64,000 bases of DNA from an uncultured bacterium (GCA_937139605.1 CAKZQG010000044.1:22360-86359), one strand, 5' to 3'. Counted from the first letter of the stretch, positions 8,292-17,409 are shown. Program-made: numbers and translations. Notes: generated by a model not told the origin, from the letters alone.

Positions 8292-10520
8292 TTAAAATCC
8301 ACCTTCTCTTAAAATTTCAAGTCCTTTAAAATAAAAATGATTGTATAAATCATCAGCAAAATTAAAATTCTTTTCTAAAATTTTTTTATACTTTTCTTTT
8401 ACTCCTTTAGTAGATACATAGGGAGGGTTACCTATAATTATATCAAATCCACTTTTTGATTTAAAAACTTCAGAAAAATATACTTTAAAATCAAAATCAT
8501 TATGTCCTAGTGTAATTTTATAGATTATATTATCAATTTCGATTTTTAAATTTTGTTTTTTTAAGGGTTCTGTTTCATTAAAATATTCGGTTTTTAGTTT
8601 TTCAAGGAGGGCAAAGTAAGCATTTTCTAATAATTCACTTTGTAGCTTAAGTAGAGAGTCGCCACAAATGATTTTATAATCTAAATTCGGAAGTGGTTTT
8701 ATATTTTGAAAATCATTTTCATCTACAATTAAGGAAAGCCAAAATCTTAATTTACATATTTCAACAGCCCCTGGATCAATATCAACTCCATAAAGTGAAT
8801 TCTCTATTACATACCTCTTTAAATCATAAGTACTTAATTTTTTATCAAGATATACCGATAGAATCTGTTTTAGTTTTAGTATTTCGTGAAGCATTCCAAT
8901 AGGAAAAGCACCAGAACCAACAGCAGGATCACAGATTTTTATCTCATCTAAAATTTCATAAATTAAATTAGCATTATTAATTATATCTTCAGGTAGTTTA
9001 TGATTATATCTTTCTGTTTTTTTAATTTCTCCTTTTTCAATTTTTTCTTTTTTTTCAGTTGCTATTTTTTCATGCTCTAAAAATAAATCTCCTAATCTTA
9101 CAAACTTTTCTATATCCTCTTTTTTTACCTTTATGTTTTTTAATTTTTTATTAAGTTCTGTTTCAATGTAGTTTATCAAACTTTCTTGACATATGTAATG
9201 AACGATTTCTCGGGGTGTATAATAAACTCCATATTCTTTATTAAATTTGTTTTCTTCTCCTTTTTTACCTGATTTTAAAATATTTACATATTCATTAAAA
9301 TTATCATCTCTTATAGCATTTAATTTTTCATAGATTTTACCAAGTAATTCAGGATCAAGTGCTACTTCTTTTTCAAGTGGTTCTTCCTCATTTACGGTAA
9401 AATTATATCTATCAAAAATATCAAGGATTCCATCTCCTATATCTCCTTCTTTGGTTTTATTTTTATTTGAAAAAAGTTCATTAGGTAAAAGTAAATCAAT
9501 ATTTATCCAATCAAAATTATTTATTGGATCAAAAAGTCCACCATTTAAAAATGGGATTTTACATTTAAAGTAATCGTAATAATGATCGTTTGATCCTCTG
9601 TCAGTTCTTAAAGCTTCGTAAAACAAAGGTTCAAGAATATCATTATAAAAGTTTTGGTAATCAACATATTCTCTATTAAACAATTTTCTTAAGAAATCTT
9701 TTGGTCCAGTTCCCCAAGGTTTCCCTTTCTCTACTCCAAACCATCCCTTCTTTTGAAGAAAATATAAGAATACAATTTGTCCAAGAATTTTCTTAGCAAA
9801 ATCAATTGTACTTATGCTTTTTTCCTTAAACTCATTTTTCAGTTTTTCATTAATATTTATAATTTTATCAAGTTCAAGTTTTATTTTTATAAATAGATCC
9901 CTATATTTTTCAAAGAATTCCTCTGTAACTATCTCAACATCAAATGCTTTTTCAAGATTAGAAAGATTAGGTTTAAAGTTATCATCTTCAAGTATAGGTA
10001 AGAATCTTGATTGTGCAGTATGACTTTTTTCATTAGGACCAACTAAGAAAGACCATCTTTTAGCAGGAGTAAAATCTTGAATAACTTTAACTTTATCAGA
10101 TATTTTAAATTTATATTCTTTTTTTACAAGAGAAAATCTCCAATCTTGTTCATTATCTGATATAAAAGCTACAAGAGCAGCATCTTTTTCACTTGTAGTA
10201 CCTAATTTCCCTTGAAGGTAATAAGCTATGAAGTTTCTTTGAGTATGTCTAGCTTTATAAAGTGAAACATCTTTTTTTAGTTTAACTATTAGAATATCAA
10301 TTATATTTTTTTCTTTATCTATATATCTACCTAATCTTTCCCAAGAGCTGATGAAATCAAGGAATCTTTCAGTTATCCCCTGTGTCCCTGTTCTTGGAGT
10401 AAGTTCTTTTTCTTTATCATAAGTTTTAAGAAGATTAGATATAAATTTATTAAAGTTATCTTTATTAAATGGGTTTTCAAAGGTTTCAATAATTAATTTT
10501 TTTGCCTGTTCTCTGTTCAT
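8292..10520 (-). CDS. N-terminal 742-aa portion of a large gamma-class N6-adenine DNA methyltransferase (Type IIG / BREX PglX / DISARM DrmMI-like); the reading frame ends inside the catalytic domain
   Basis: Motif X YGVYYTPREIV, motif I ICDPAVGSGAFPIG and motif IV IIGNPPYVSTKG occur in gamma-class order. A roughly 440-aa N-terminal domain precedes them. The ORF stops right after the motif-V-like FYFKGLEILREGGF. Confidence 0.7.
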   Translation of the reverse strand: MNREQAKKLIIETFENPFNKDNFNKFISNLLKTYDKEKELTPRTGTQGITERFLDFISSWERLGRYIDKEKNIIDILIVKLKKDVSLYKARHTQRNFIAYYLQGKLGTTSEKDAALVAFISDNEQDWRFSLVKKEYKFKISDKVKVIQDFTPAKRWSFLVGPNEKSHTAQSRFLPILEDDNFKPNLSNLEKAFDVEIVTEEFFEKYRDLFIKIKLELDKIININEKLKNEFKEKSISTIDFAKKILGQIVFLYFLQKKGWFGVEKGKPWGTGPKDFLRKLFNREYVDYQNFYNDILEPLFYEALRTDRGSNDHYYDYFKCKIPFLNGGLFDPINNFDWINIDLLLPNELFSNKNKTKEGDIGDGILDIFDRYNFTVNEEEPLEKEVALDPELLGKIYEKLNAIRDDNFNEYVNILKSGKKGEENKFNKEYGVYYTPREIVHYICQESLINYIETELNKKLKNIKVKKEDIEKFVRLGDLFLEHEKIATEKKEKIEKGEIKKTERYNHKLPEDIINNANLIYEILDEIKICDPAVGSGAFPIGMLHEILKLKQILSVYLDKKLSTYDLKRYVIENSLYGVDIDPGAVEICKLRFWLSLIVDENDFQNIKPLPNLDYKIICGDSLLKLQSELLENAYFALLEKLKTEYFNETEPLKKQNLKIEIDNIIYKITLGHNDFDFKVYFSEVFKSKSGFDIIIGNPPYVSTKGVKEKYKKILEKNFNFADDLYNHFYFKGLEILREGGF

Positions 10521-10688
10521 AGCTTAGTACCTCACTTATCTTTTTGTTTATTTTAAAAACAATTTAGCCAATAGGTACTTTTTTACAATTTGTATATTTA
10601 CAATTTGTATAAGTATTTTTTAAGCAAGCTAAGTAAATATTTAGCTATTATTGATTTTTTTATTATTTTTTGATTAATTAATTTTTTT

Positions 10689-10780
10689 TGCGTCTTTATT
10701 GCGCCTTTATTGCGCCTTTTGCTTTATTGTGTCCCCTTTGTGTCCCCTTTATGTCTCCTTTGTCCCCTTTGTGTCCCTTT
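10689..10780. repeat. array of 9-11-bp GC-containing direct repeats with roughly 11-bp periodicity
   Basis: gcgtctttatt gcgcctttatt gcgccttttgctttatt gtgtcccctt tgtgtcccctt tatgtctcctt tgtcccctt tgtgtccctttt. These are islands of GCGCC / GTCCCC in an otherwise AT-rich region. The array spans the stop codon of ORF 10749..11066 and lies 170-270 bp upstream of the MTase start. Confidence 0.75.
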
Positions 10781-11066
10781 TAATTATTAAAGTATAATGA
10801 GTACCTTTTCCTGTTTCTCCGATTTGCTCAAGTATTCCTTTCTCAACCAAGTCAGATAGATCTCTTGAAGCGGTTTTTTTAGTTGTCTTATTTAGTTCTT
10901 GATATTCTTTATTAGTTATTTTTCCTTTTTCTTTTACATAAATTACTGATTTTATTTGACGTTCATTTAATCCCATTTTTCTCAAATTTTCCTTTTTATG
11001 GAAATAATTTATACAACTAATCATTTCTTGATATATATAATGATAAAATAACTTCTCTTTTTCCAT
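10749..11066 (-). CDS. small winged-helix DNA-binding protein (the true start is probably at the internal Met, giving about 75-90 aa)
   Basis: LNERQIKSVIYVKEKGKITNKEYQELNKTTKKTASRDLSDLVEKGILEQIGETGKGTHYTLI resembles the C-terminal wHTH of AlbA_2/HATPase_c_4-type regulators (ITN.EY......S..TA.RDL..LV..G.L...G.G..T.Y.L). The 5' 50 nt overlap the upstream helicase gene. The C-terminal KGTKGTKET tail is encoded by the repeat array. Confidence 0.45.
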   Translation of the reverse strand: MEKEKLFYHYIYQEMISCINYFHKKENLRKMGLNERQIKSVIYVKEKGKITNKEYQELNKTTKKTASRDLSDLVEKGILEQIGETGKGTHYTLIIKRDTKGTKET

Positions 11067-14000
11067 CTTTTGATGGATTTACATTTATAGAGTGATCTTT
11101 AACAAAAGAAGGATGAATTTCTTTTTGTAATATAGTTAAGACTTTTAAAGGGTTTTCAATTTCTTTGTTAAGCTTTTTAATTTCTTGATTAACTTTTTGG
11201 ATTGTCTTTTTCGGAATTGATCCTATTTCAAGGCTTTTAATAATTATATTTATATAATCTTCTTGTTCTTCTGTTAACTGCTTACTATTTTTTAGTACAG
11301 CTTTTAAAAGATTTTTAAGTTCTTTTGAGGAATCTTTCCCTTTTTTATTAAAATCTTCAGATAAAATTTCTTCTTCATGAATCGCTTGGAAAAATAATAA
11401 TTTATTTTTTTCAAGAAGTTCATAATATCTTTCTAAAGGTAACTTAGTTTTGGGTTCATTTTTTGAACATTCAAAAATTTTTGCTGTCGTTAAAAAATCA
11501 ATCTCTTTTGTTTCATTATCTGAAGATAAATAAAACTTCATTAATTTTCCTTTCCTAAAAAATGTTATAAGTGAATCAGGATATACTAAAGATTTAAGAT
11601 TTTTATCAAAATTTTTTGAAGCTCTTGCTTTTTTAGGTAATTTCTTTATCTTTTCAAATAAATCTGGATTTTCGTCTCTTATTTTCTCAATAAATTTCAA
11701 ATATTTTAGTTCATTTTCTTCAAAAATTTCATCCTCAAGGAAAATTTCTTGAGATGTCAATTTATTAAATAACTCATGAGAAGAGATAGGTTCTCCTTCA
11801 GTTAAAATTTCAGCATCTCCACCAAGAAGACTTAAAAATGCTTCTACCTTTGAACGTGCTATTTTTAATAACTCTATCTCATTCTCTCCCTGTTCTGTTG
11901 GTAAGAAATTAAAAATATAAATTTTATCAAATTGAGTATCTATACGATTTACTCTTCCTACTCTTTGAATTAACTTTGTGGGATTCCAAGGTATATCATA
12001 GTTTATCACTATATTTGATCTATGTAGATTAACCCCTTCTGAAAGAACTTCTGTTGAAACAAGTATTCTATAATCATCTCTTTTATTTTTAGCTCTAGCA
12101 TCAAAATTATCTATAACTTTATTTCTATCCTGTTCTGATGAATTTCCATCAAAACGAAGAGATAATTCACCAAATTTTTCATTTATACTATTAACTAAAT
12201 ATTCTGCAGTTTCTCTCGATTCTGTAAATATTATGACTTTTTTGTCTTTTAAAATAGGATTATTTTCAAGATTATTAAGTAAAACTTCAAGTTTAGGATC
12301 CCTTTCTATTTGATTCCACATTTCTTGAATTTTTTTAAGAGTATTTAGATCTTTTTCTAGAGCTTCTTTAAAATCCTCTCTAAATTGATTAGTTGGATAT
12401 TCATCAGCTTTTCCTTCTTCTATTAAATTTTGTATTGCTTTATCATCATCACTTTCTAAGAATTCTATTATTTTACTTATATGTTTTTTACTTATAAAAA
12501 CTTTTTTATTTTCTTCATATATTTTTATAAACTTTTCATAAGAATCAATAAATCTTGTTATACTTTTTCTAAATGCATAAAAACTACTTTCAAGACGTTT
12601 AATAAGTAAAACTTTCATAAACCCTGCAAGATTTTTTTGCGCTTGTATTTCATTTTTTATGTTATTGTGATTTATTTCATCTTTAAGGTAAAGTAAAGGG
12701 ATGTAACGAGAATAAGTAAGTTCTTTAGTTAAAGTTTCAATAGTTTTATTAAAAATTTCATTCTCTGTTTGATTAAGCTGATAAAGTAAAGGCTTTGGAG
12801 CTTCTATTTTGGGAAATTTAATATTATTACTTTCTAAATCTTCTTTAAAATAAGTTTCTATATCTTTTCTAGTTCTTCTTACCATTACATATTTTAGAAC
12901 TTTATTTCTTATTTCTTTTGCTATTTCCCTTGTTTCTTTTATGTATTCATCATAGTTATTTGAGCGATCAAGATTTTTTAGCTTTGCCTGTAAAGATAAG
13001 AAAAAATTTTCTAAATTTGGAACCCCTGGTATTGTACTTTTTTTAGCATTTTGAAAAAGTTTAAGTTGCGCAAGAATATCTTTTGGAGAGTTATTATAAG
13101 GAGTAGCAGATACAAGAATAACTCTTCTACCTCTACAAATTTTAGAAAGTTTTTCATAACTTATGGTTAATTCATTCCTAAAACGATGAGCTTCATCAAT
13201 TACAATATTTTTATATTCTCTTTGATTAATAAGATCTTCAGCTTCCTCAAGTTTCCCAGTAGATACATATTCTGCAGAAATATTAAAATCAGAAAAAACG
13301 TTTTTCCAAGAGCCTGGATTATTTTTATTAATTAACGAGGGGGGAGCTATAACCATAGTTCTTCCATCAAGCTGAGATACAAGCATAGCACAAACATAAG
13401 TTTTTCCAAGACCTACAACATCTGAAATAAATACTCCCCCATATTCCTCAATTATCTTTTTAGCATTTAATACAGCTTGCTTCTGATATTTAAGCTCCTT
13501 GAAATTTTCAGGTAAATATTTATTATCTAGCTCATTTAGATAATTTAGCTCATCTTTAAAATACTCATACAAAAATTTTAAATATATCTCATAGGGTGTT
13601 ATATTTTCGTTAATATAAGTTTTTTCATTTATCGTATTTACAAAAGTTTCATTAAGTTCCACTGATTTTTGCCAAAGTTCCTCAAATTTAATTTTAGCAA
13701 ATTCGTAATCACTCCTATTTTTTAGTTCAACATTAAACTCAAGATTATTGTCTAAACCTGATTGAGTTAAATTACTAGATCCTGTAATAACTCTCCCTAT
13801 ATCCCTATCTCCTTCCTTAAACGTTATAATATACAATTTAGCATGTAATTTTTTGGAAGGATAAGCTCTTATTTCAAGCTTACCTGATTTTATCCATTCA
13901 ATAAATTTCTTAACTCCTTTCTCTACACTTTCACTATCTTCTGATTCTTCTAACTCTTCTATTATTTTTTCTTCTAAAAATTGCTTTACTTCATAATTAG

Positions 14001-14280
14001 AGGGATTAAAAAAAGTTGTATTTTCAGATTTTGATTTTGTTATTAACTCATAAATTTTCTCTGAAGCATCAATTCCTACAAGAATCCTTATTTTTTCTAT
14101 ATTTTCTAAAGCTTTGTATATATTATGAAATCCACTTAAATAAAAATATCCTACTATACAATCAAAAAATCTAGCATCGTTTAACAATATATTAAACCTA
14201 TCTTTTAACGTTTTACCTTGTTCATTAGTTATAAATGTTAAATCTAAGGAATTGAATTTTAAGTTTTCCATTTCTTTCAT
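11017..14280 (-). CDS. PLD-family (HKD) nuclease domain fused to an SNF2-family helicase
   Basis: 1087 aa. The HKD motif is KLHAKLYIITF...GSSNLTQSGL (about aa 150-190). The SNF2 N-lobe has GLGKT and the DEAH box VIDEAHRFRN. The helicase C-lobe has VSTEVLSEGVNLHRSNIVINYDIPWNPTKLIQRVGRVNRI. A roughly 270-aa C-terminal extension follows. Confidence 0.75.
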   Translation of the reverse strand: MKEMENLKFNSLDLTFITNEQGKTLKDRFNILLNDARFFDCIVGYFYLSGFHNIYKALENIEKIRILVGIDASEKIYELITKSKSENTTFFNPSNYEVKQFLEEKIIEELEESEDSESVEKGVKKFIEWIKSGKLEIRAYPSKKLHAKLYIITFKEGDRDIGRVITGSSNLTQSGLDNNLEFNVELKNRSDYEFAKIKFEELWQKSVELNETFVNTINEKTYINENITPYEIYLKFLYEYFKDELNYLNELDNKYLPENFKELKYQKQAVLNAKKIIEEYGGVFISDVVGLGKTYVCAMLVSQLDGRTMVIAPPSLINKNNPGSWKNVFSDFNISAEYVSTGKLEEAEDLINQREYKNIVIDEAHRFRNELTISYEKLSKICRGRRVILVSATPYNNSPKDILAQLKLFQNAKKSTIPGVPNLENFFLSLQAKLKNLDRSNNYDEYIKETREIAKEIRNKVLKYVMVRRTRKDIETYFKEDLESNNIKFPKIEAPKPLLYQLNQTENEIFNKTIETLTKELTYSRYIPLLYLKDEINHNNIKNEIQAQKNLAGFMKVLLIKRLESSFYAFRKSITRFIDSYEKFIKIYEENKKVFISKKHISKIIEFLESDDDKAIQNLIEEGKADEYPTNQFREDFKEALEKDLNTLKKIQEMWNQIERDPKLEVLLNNLENNPILKDKKVIIFTESRETAEYLVNSINEKFGELSLRFDGNSSEQDRNKVIDNFDARAKNKRDDYRILVSTEVLSEGVNLHRSNIVINYDIPWNPTKLIQRVGRVNRIDTQFDKIYIFNFLPTEQGENEIELLKIARSKVEAFLSLLGGDAEILTEGEPISSHELFNKLTSQEIFLEDEIFEENELKYLKFIEKIRDENPDLFEKIKKLPKKARASKNFDKNLKSLVYPDSLITFFRKGKLMKFYLSSDNETKEIDFLTTAKIFECSKNEPKTKLPLERYYELLEKNKLLFFQAIHEEEILSEDFNKKGKDSSKELKNLLKAVLKNSKQLTEEQEDYINIIIKSLEIGSIPKKTIQKVNQEIKKLNKEIENPLKVLTILQKEIHPSFVKDHSINVNPSKDGKREVILSLYISRND

Positions 14281-14311
14281 ATTATCTATAATAAAAAATA
14301 TGATCTTTAAT

Positions 14312-17300
14312 TTAATTAATTTCGTTTAGAATATATTTTTTAGTTAAGGTATTAGATTTAAGGAATTCTTGATAAGTATCTTGGAAAATAATATACCCTC
14401 CTTCATCTGCAGCTTTAGGACCTACTTCTATTACATAATCAGCATTCTTTATAACTTCTATATTATGTTCTACTATTACAATAGTTGCTCCCTTATTTAG
14501 CAATTGATAAATAACATTTAGAAATTTTTGGACATCTAAATAATGTAATCCAGTAGTAGGTTCATCTAAGAGATAAATAGATTTATTAACATTCCTTTTA
14601 GATAGTTCATAAGCTAATTTAATTCTTTGACTTTCTCCACCTGATAAAGACGGAGAAATCTGACCTAACTTGATATACCCTAATCCTATGTCATCTAAAA
14701 ATTTTAATTTCTCTTCAACATTTTTAAACCCTTTAAACACATTAATAGCTTCTTTTACAGTTAATTCCAAGACATCATAAATACTATATTTATTATCAAA
14801 TTTAACACTTAATGTTTCTAAATTATATCTCTTACCATCGCAAGATTCACATTTTATATATAAATCAGGTAAAAAATTCATATCTAATTTAATAAAACCT
14901 TCTCCTTTACATTTATCACATCTACCCTCAGGTAAATTATAACTAAATCTACTGGCATTAAACCCTAATCTCTTTGATTGAGGTAAATTAGCAAATATAG
15001 ATCTTATCTCATCAAATACTTTAGTATAAGTAGCAACTGTAGATCTGGGAGTTTTACCTATAGGTTTTTGATCTACATAACTTACTTTACTAATTTTTTG
15101 CTTATCAAACTCTATATCTCCGTAAATTTTTTCATCAAATACACTAATAACCTCTTGATTTAATTCGGAAGCTAATTTGTAATATAAAGCATCTAAAATA
15201 GAAGTTTTACCACTACCTGATACTCCTGTTATAACTGTTAATCTATTTAATGGAATCTTTATAGATATATTTTTTAAATTGTTTAACTTAACATTTTTTA
15301 AATATATATAATCTTCTTGATTGAATTTTTTAATATAGTCCTTTTCAATGTTTTTAACTTTTTCTTTATCAACTAAATATTTTAATATAGGGCTATTTAA
15401 AAATTTTTCATATAAATTTAAAATCTCTTTTTTAAGTAATTCCGGTAAATCTAATATTTTTAATATTTCTTCTAAATTTCCATTGTTGTTATACAAAGAA
15501 TTTAGAAAATCAAAATTAAAAGTATTAAATAGTTCAAAATATTTATTAAGAAAATCGGAAAATAAAAGGTACCCACCATTTTGCCCACCTTCATATCCTA
15601 ACTCTACTAAAAAATCAGCGTTCTTAATTACTTGTTTATCATGTTCTACAATTATAATTGTATTATTTAATTCTTTTAGTTTTAAGATGCTTTTAATAAC
15701 TTTATCTACATTATAAGGGTGTAATCCAATAGTTGGCTCATCTAAGACGTATATAATACCGGATAACTGAGCTCCTAATTGTGAAGCTATTTTAATTCTT
15801 TGTGCCTCTCCTGAAGATAAATTAGAAGCAGTCCTATATAAATCTAAATACCCTAAATCTAATTCAATTATAAAATTTAACCTTTTTACAACCTCATCTA
15901 GTAGATTTTGTACAATTTCTCTTTGTTTTTGAGTTAATTCTAAAGAATTCAGTATATTTTTTATTTGACTAATTGGCTTAGAGGCTAAATCTCCAATACT
16001 ATAATACTTTTCATCATTTGTTTTTAACTTAACACTTAAAGCTATTTTATTTAATCTATAACCATTACATTCTTTACATTTAACTTCGAAAACTAAATTA
16101 GATAAATCAAAATCATAATTGTAATACAATTCATTAACGAATTCTCTAATCCCTTCAAAATTAGAATCTCCATAAATAAGTTTCTCTATTTTTTCTTTAT
16201 CAATATTTTTTAGAGGTTTATTAATATCAATGTCGTTAGCATAGCAAAAGTTCCTAACTTTTTCCCACCAATAATTTAATTTATACCAAGAATATTGGTT
16301 TTTAGGAAAAATTTTAATAGCTCCTTCTTTTATTGATAAATTATAATCTATTATTTTATTTAGATTAAAATCAATAACATTTCCTAAGCCTTTACATTTT
16401 TCGCAAGCTCCTAAAGGGGTATTAAAAGAAAATAATCTCCAACTTATTTCAGGATAACTAAAACCACAATTATAACAACTAAAGCTCCCTGAATATAATA
16501 AATATTTATCATCTACAAAAATCTTAACCAATTTCTGCTTTTCTTTATCTATAGATAGTTTCAAAGTAGTATCCATCGCTAACGATATCGAATTTAATAA
16601 TCTACCTTTATTATTTTCATTTACTATAAGATTATCTACTATGACATCTATATTATGTTTTTCAAATTTATTTAATTCAATTTCATCGTCTATATCAAAT
16701 TTAATATCATTAACAATAACCTTAGTAAAACCCATTTTTTTAATTTTGTTTAAAGTGATTTTATGGTCTCCTTTTTTATATCTAATTACAGGAGCTAAGA
16801 TAGATATTTTTTTATCTTTGTAATTTAGAAGAATTTGTTCTAAAATTTCGCTTGGCTCTAATTTGGATATAACTATATTACAAAATGGGCAAAATGGAAT
16901 CCCAATAGAAGCATATATTAACCTTAAATAATCATAGATTTCAGTTATAGTCCCGACAGTAGAACGAGGATTTAGATTTTTAATCCTTTGATCAATTGAG
17001 ATAGTAGGTCTTAAACCTTCTATTTTATCTACATTAGGCTTTTCTAATTTAGTTAAAAATTGCTTTGCATAATTAGAAATAGCTTCTAAATATCTTCTTT
17101 GACCTTCAGAATATATAACTTCATAAGCTAAACTACTCTTACCACTACCAGAAACTCCACATATAACTGTTATTACATTATGCGGAATTTTTAAATTTAA
17201 TCCTTTTAAATTGTTTTGCTTTACATTTGTTATATCTATATAACTCTGAACTTCTGGATCTTCAAAAAATCTTTCTTTATAAAATGGAATATCACTTTTT

Positions 17301-17326
17301 ACAATAAAACTATTATCTCTACTCAA
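14312..17326 (-). CDS. uvrA: excinuclease ABC subunit A
   Basis: 1004 aa. The N-terminus NNLKGLNLKIPHNVITVICGVSGSGKSSLAYEVIYSEGQRRYLEAISNYAKQFL is the canonical UvrA N-terminus. It carries two ABC ATPase modules (second Walker A GVSGSGKTS) and CxxC zinc fingers. Confidence 0.85.
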   Translation of the reverse strand: MSRDNSFIVKSDIPFYKERFFEDPEVQSYIDITNVKQNNLKGLNLKIPHNVITVICGVSGSGKSSLAYEVIYSEGQRRYLEAISNYAKQFLTKLEKPNVDKIEGLRPTISIDQRIKNLNPRSTVGTITEIYDYLRLIYASIGIPFCPFCNIVISKLEPSEILEQILLNYKDKKISILAPVIRYKKGDHKITLNKIKKMGFTKVIVNDIKFDIDDEIELNKFEKHNIDVIVDNLIVNENNKGRLLNSISLAMDTTLKLSIDKEKQKLVKIFVDDKYLLYSGSFSCYNCGFSYPEISWRLFSFNTPLGACEKCKGLGNVIDFNLNKIIDYNLSIKEGAIKIFPKNQYSWYKLNYWWEKVRNFCYANDIDINKPLKNIDKEKIEKLIYGDSNFEGIREFVNELYYNYDFDLSNLVFEVKCKECNGYRLNKIALSVKLKTNDEKYYSIGDLASKPISQIKNILNSLELTQKQREIVQNLLDEVVKRLNFIIELDLGYLDLYRTASNLSSGEAQRIKIASQLGAQLSGIIYVLDEPTIGLHPYNVDKVIKSILKLKELNNTIIIVEHDKQVIKNADFLVELGYEGGQNGGYLLFSDFLNKYFELFNTFNFDFLNSLYNNNGNLEEILKILDLPELLKKEILNLYEKFLNSPILKYLVDKEKVKNIEKDYIKKFNQEDYIYLKNVKLNNLKNISIKIPLNRLTVITGVSGSGKTSILDALYYKLASELNQEVISVFDEKIYGDIEFDKQKISKVSYVDQKPIGKTPRSTVATYTKVFDEIRSIFANLPQSKRLGFNASRFSYNLPEGRCDKCKGEGFIKLDMNFLPDLYIKCESCDGKRYNLETLSVKFDNKYSIYDVLELTVKEAINVFKGFKNVEEKLKFLDDIGLGYIKLGQISPSLSGGESQRIKLAYELSKRNVNKSIYLLDEPTTGLHYLDVQKFLNVIYQLLNKGATIVIVEHNIEVIKNADYVIEVGPKAADEGGYIIFQDTYQEFLKSNTLTKKYILNEIN

Positions 17327-17409
17327 ATTAGAATTTAGCCTTCCCCCGACAAAACTTTTATAACTTAATGAAATTTTTATGAAAAAATTATTCTTTAATT
17401 AATATAAGC

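Larger units (their letters stand above)
6931..10520 (-). pseudogene. frameshift-disrupted (or phase-variable / mis-assembled) ~1,195-aa Type IIG/PglX-like N6-adenine methyltransferase
   Basis: The two adjacent ORFs are in frames offset by one nucleotide. A single extra A in the A4 run at 8294-8297 (T4 on the coding strand) would fuse them into one protein of typical PglX/DrmMI size. Confidence 0.5.

Noticed and set aside
8693-10023. Plus-strand ORFs 8693..8902 and 9814..10023
   Set aside because: They are antisense to the methyltransferase N-terminal ORF and are low-complexity.
15348-16823. Plus-strand ORFs 15348..15716 and 16641..16823
   Set aside because: They are antisense within uvrA, which is unambiguously coding on the minus strand.
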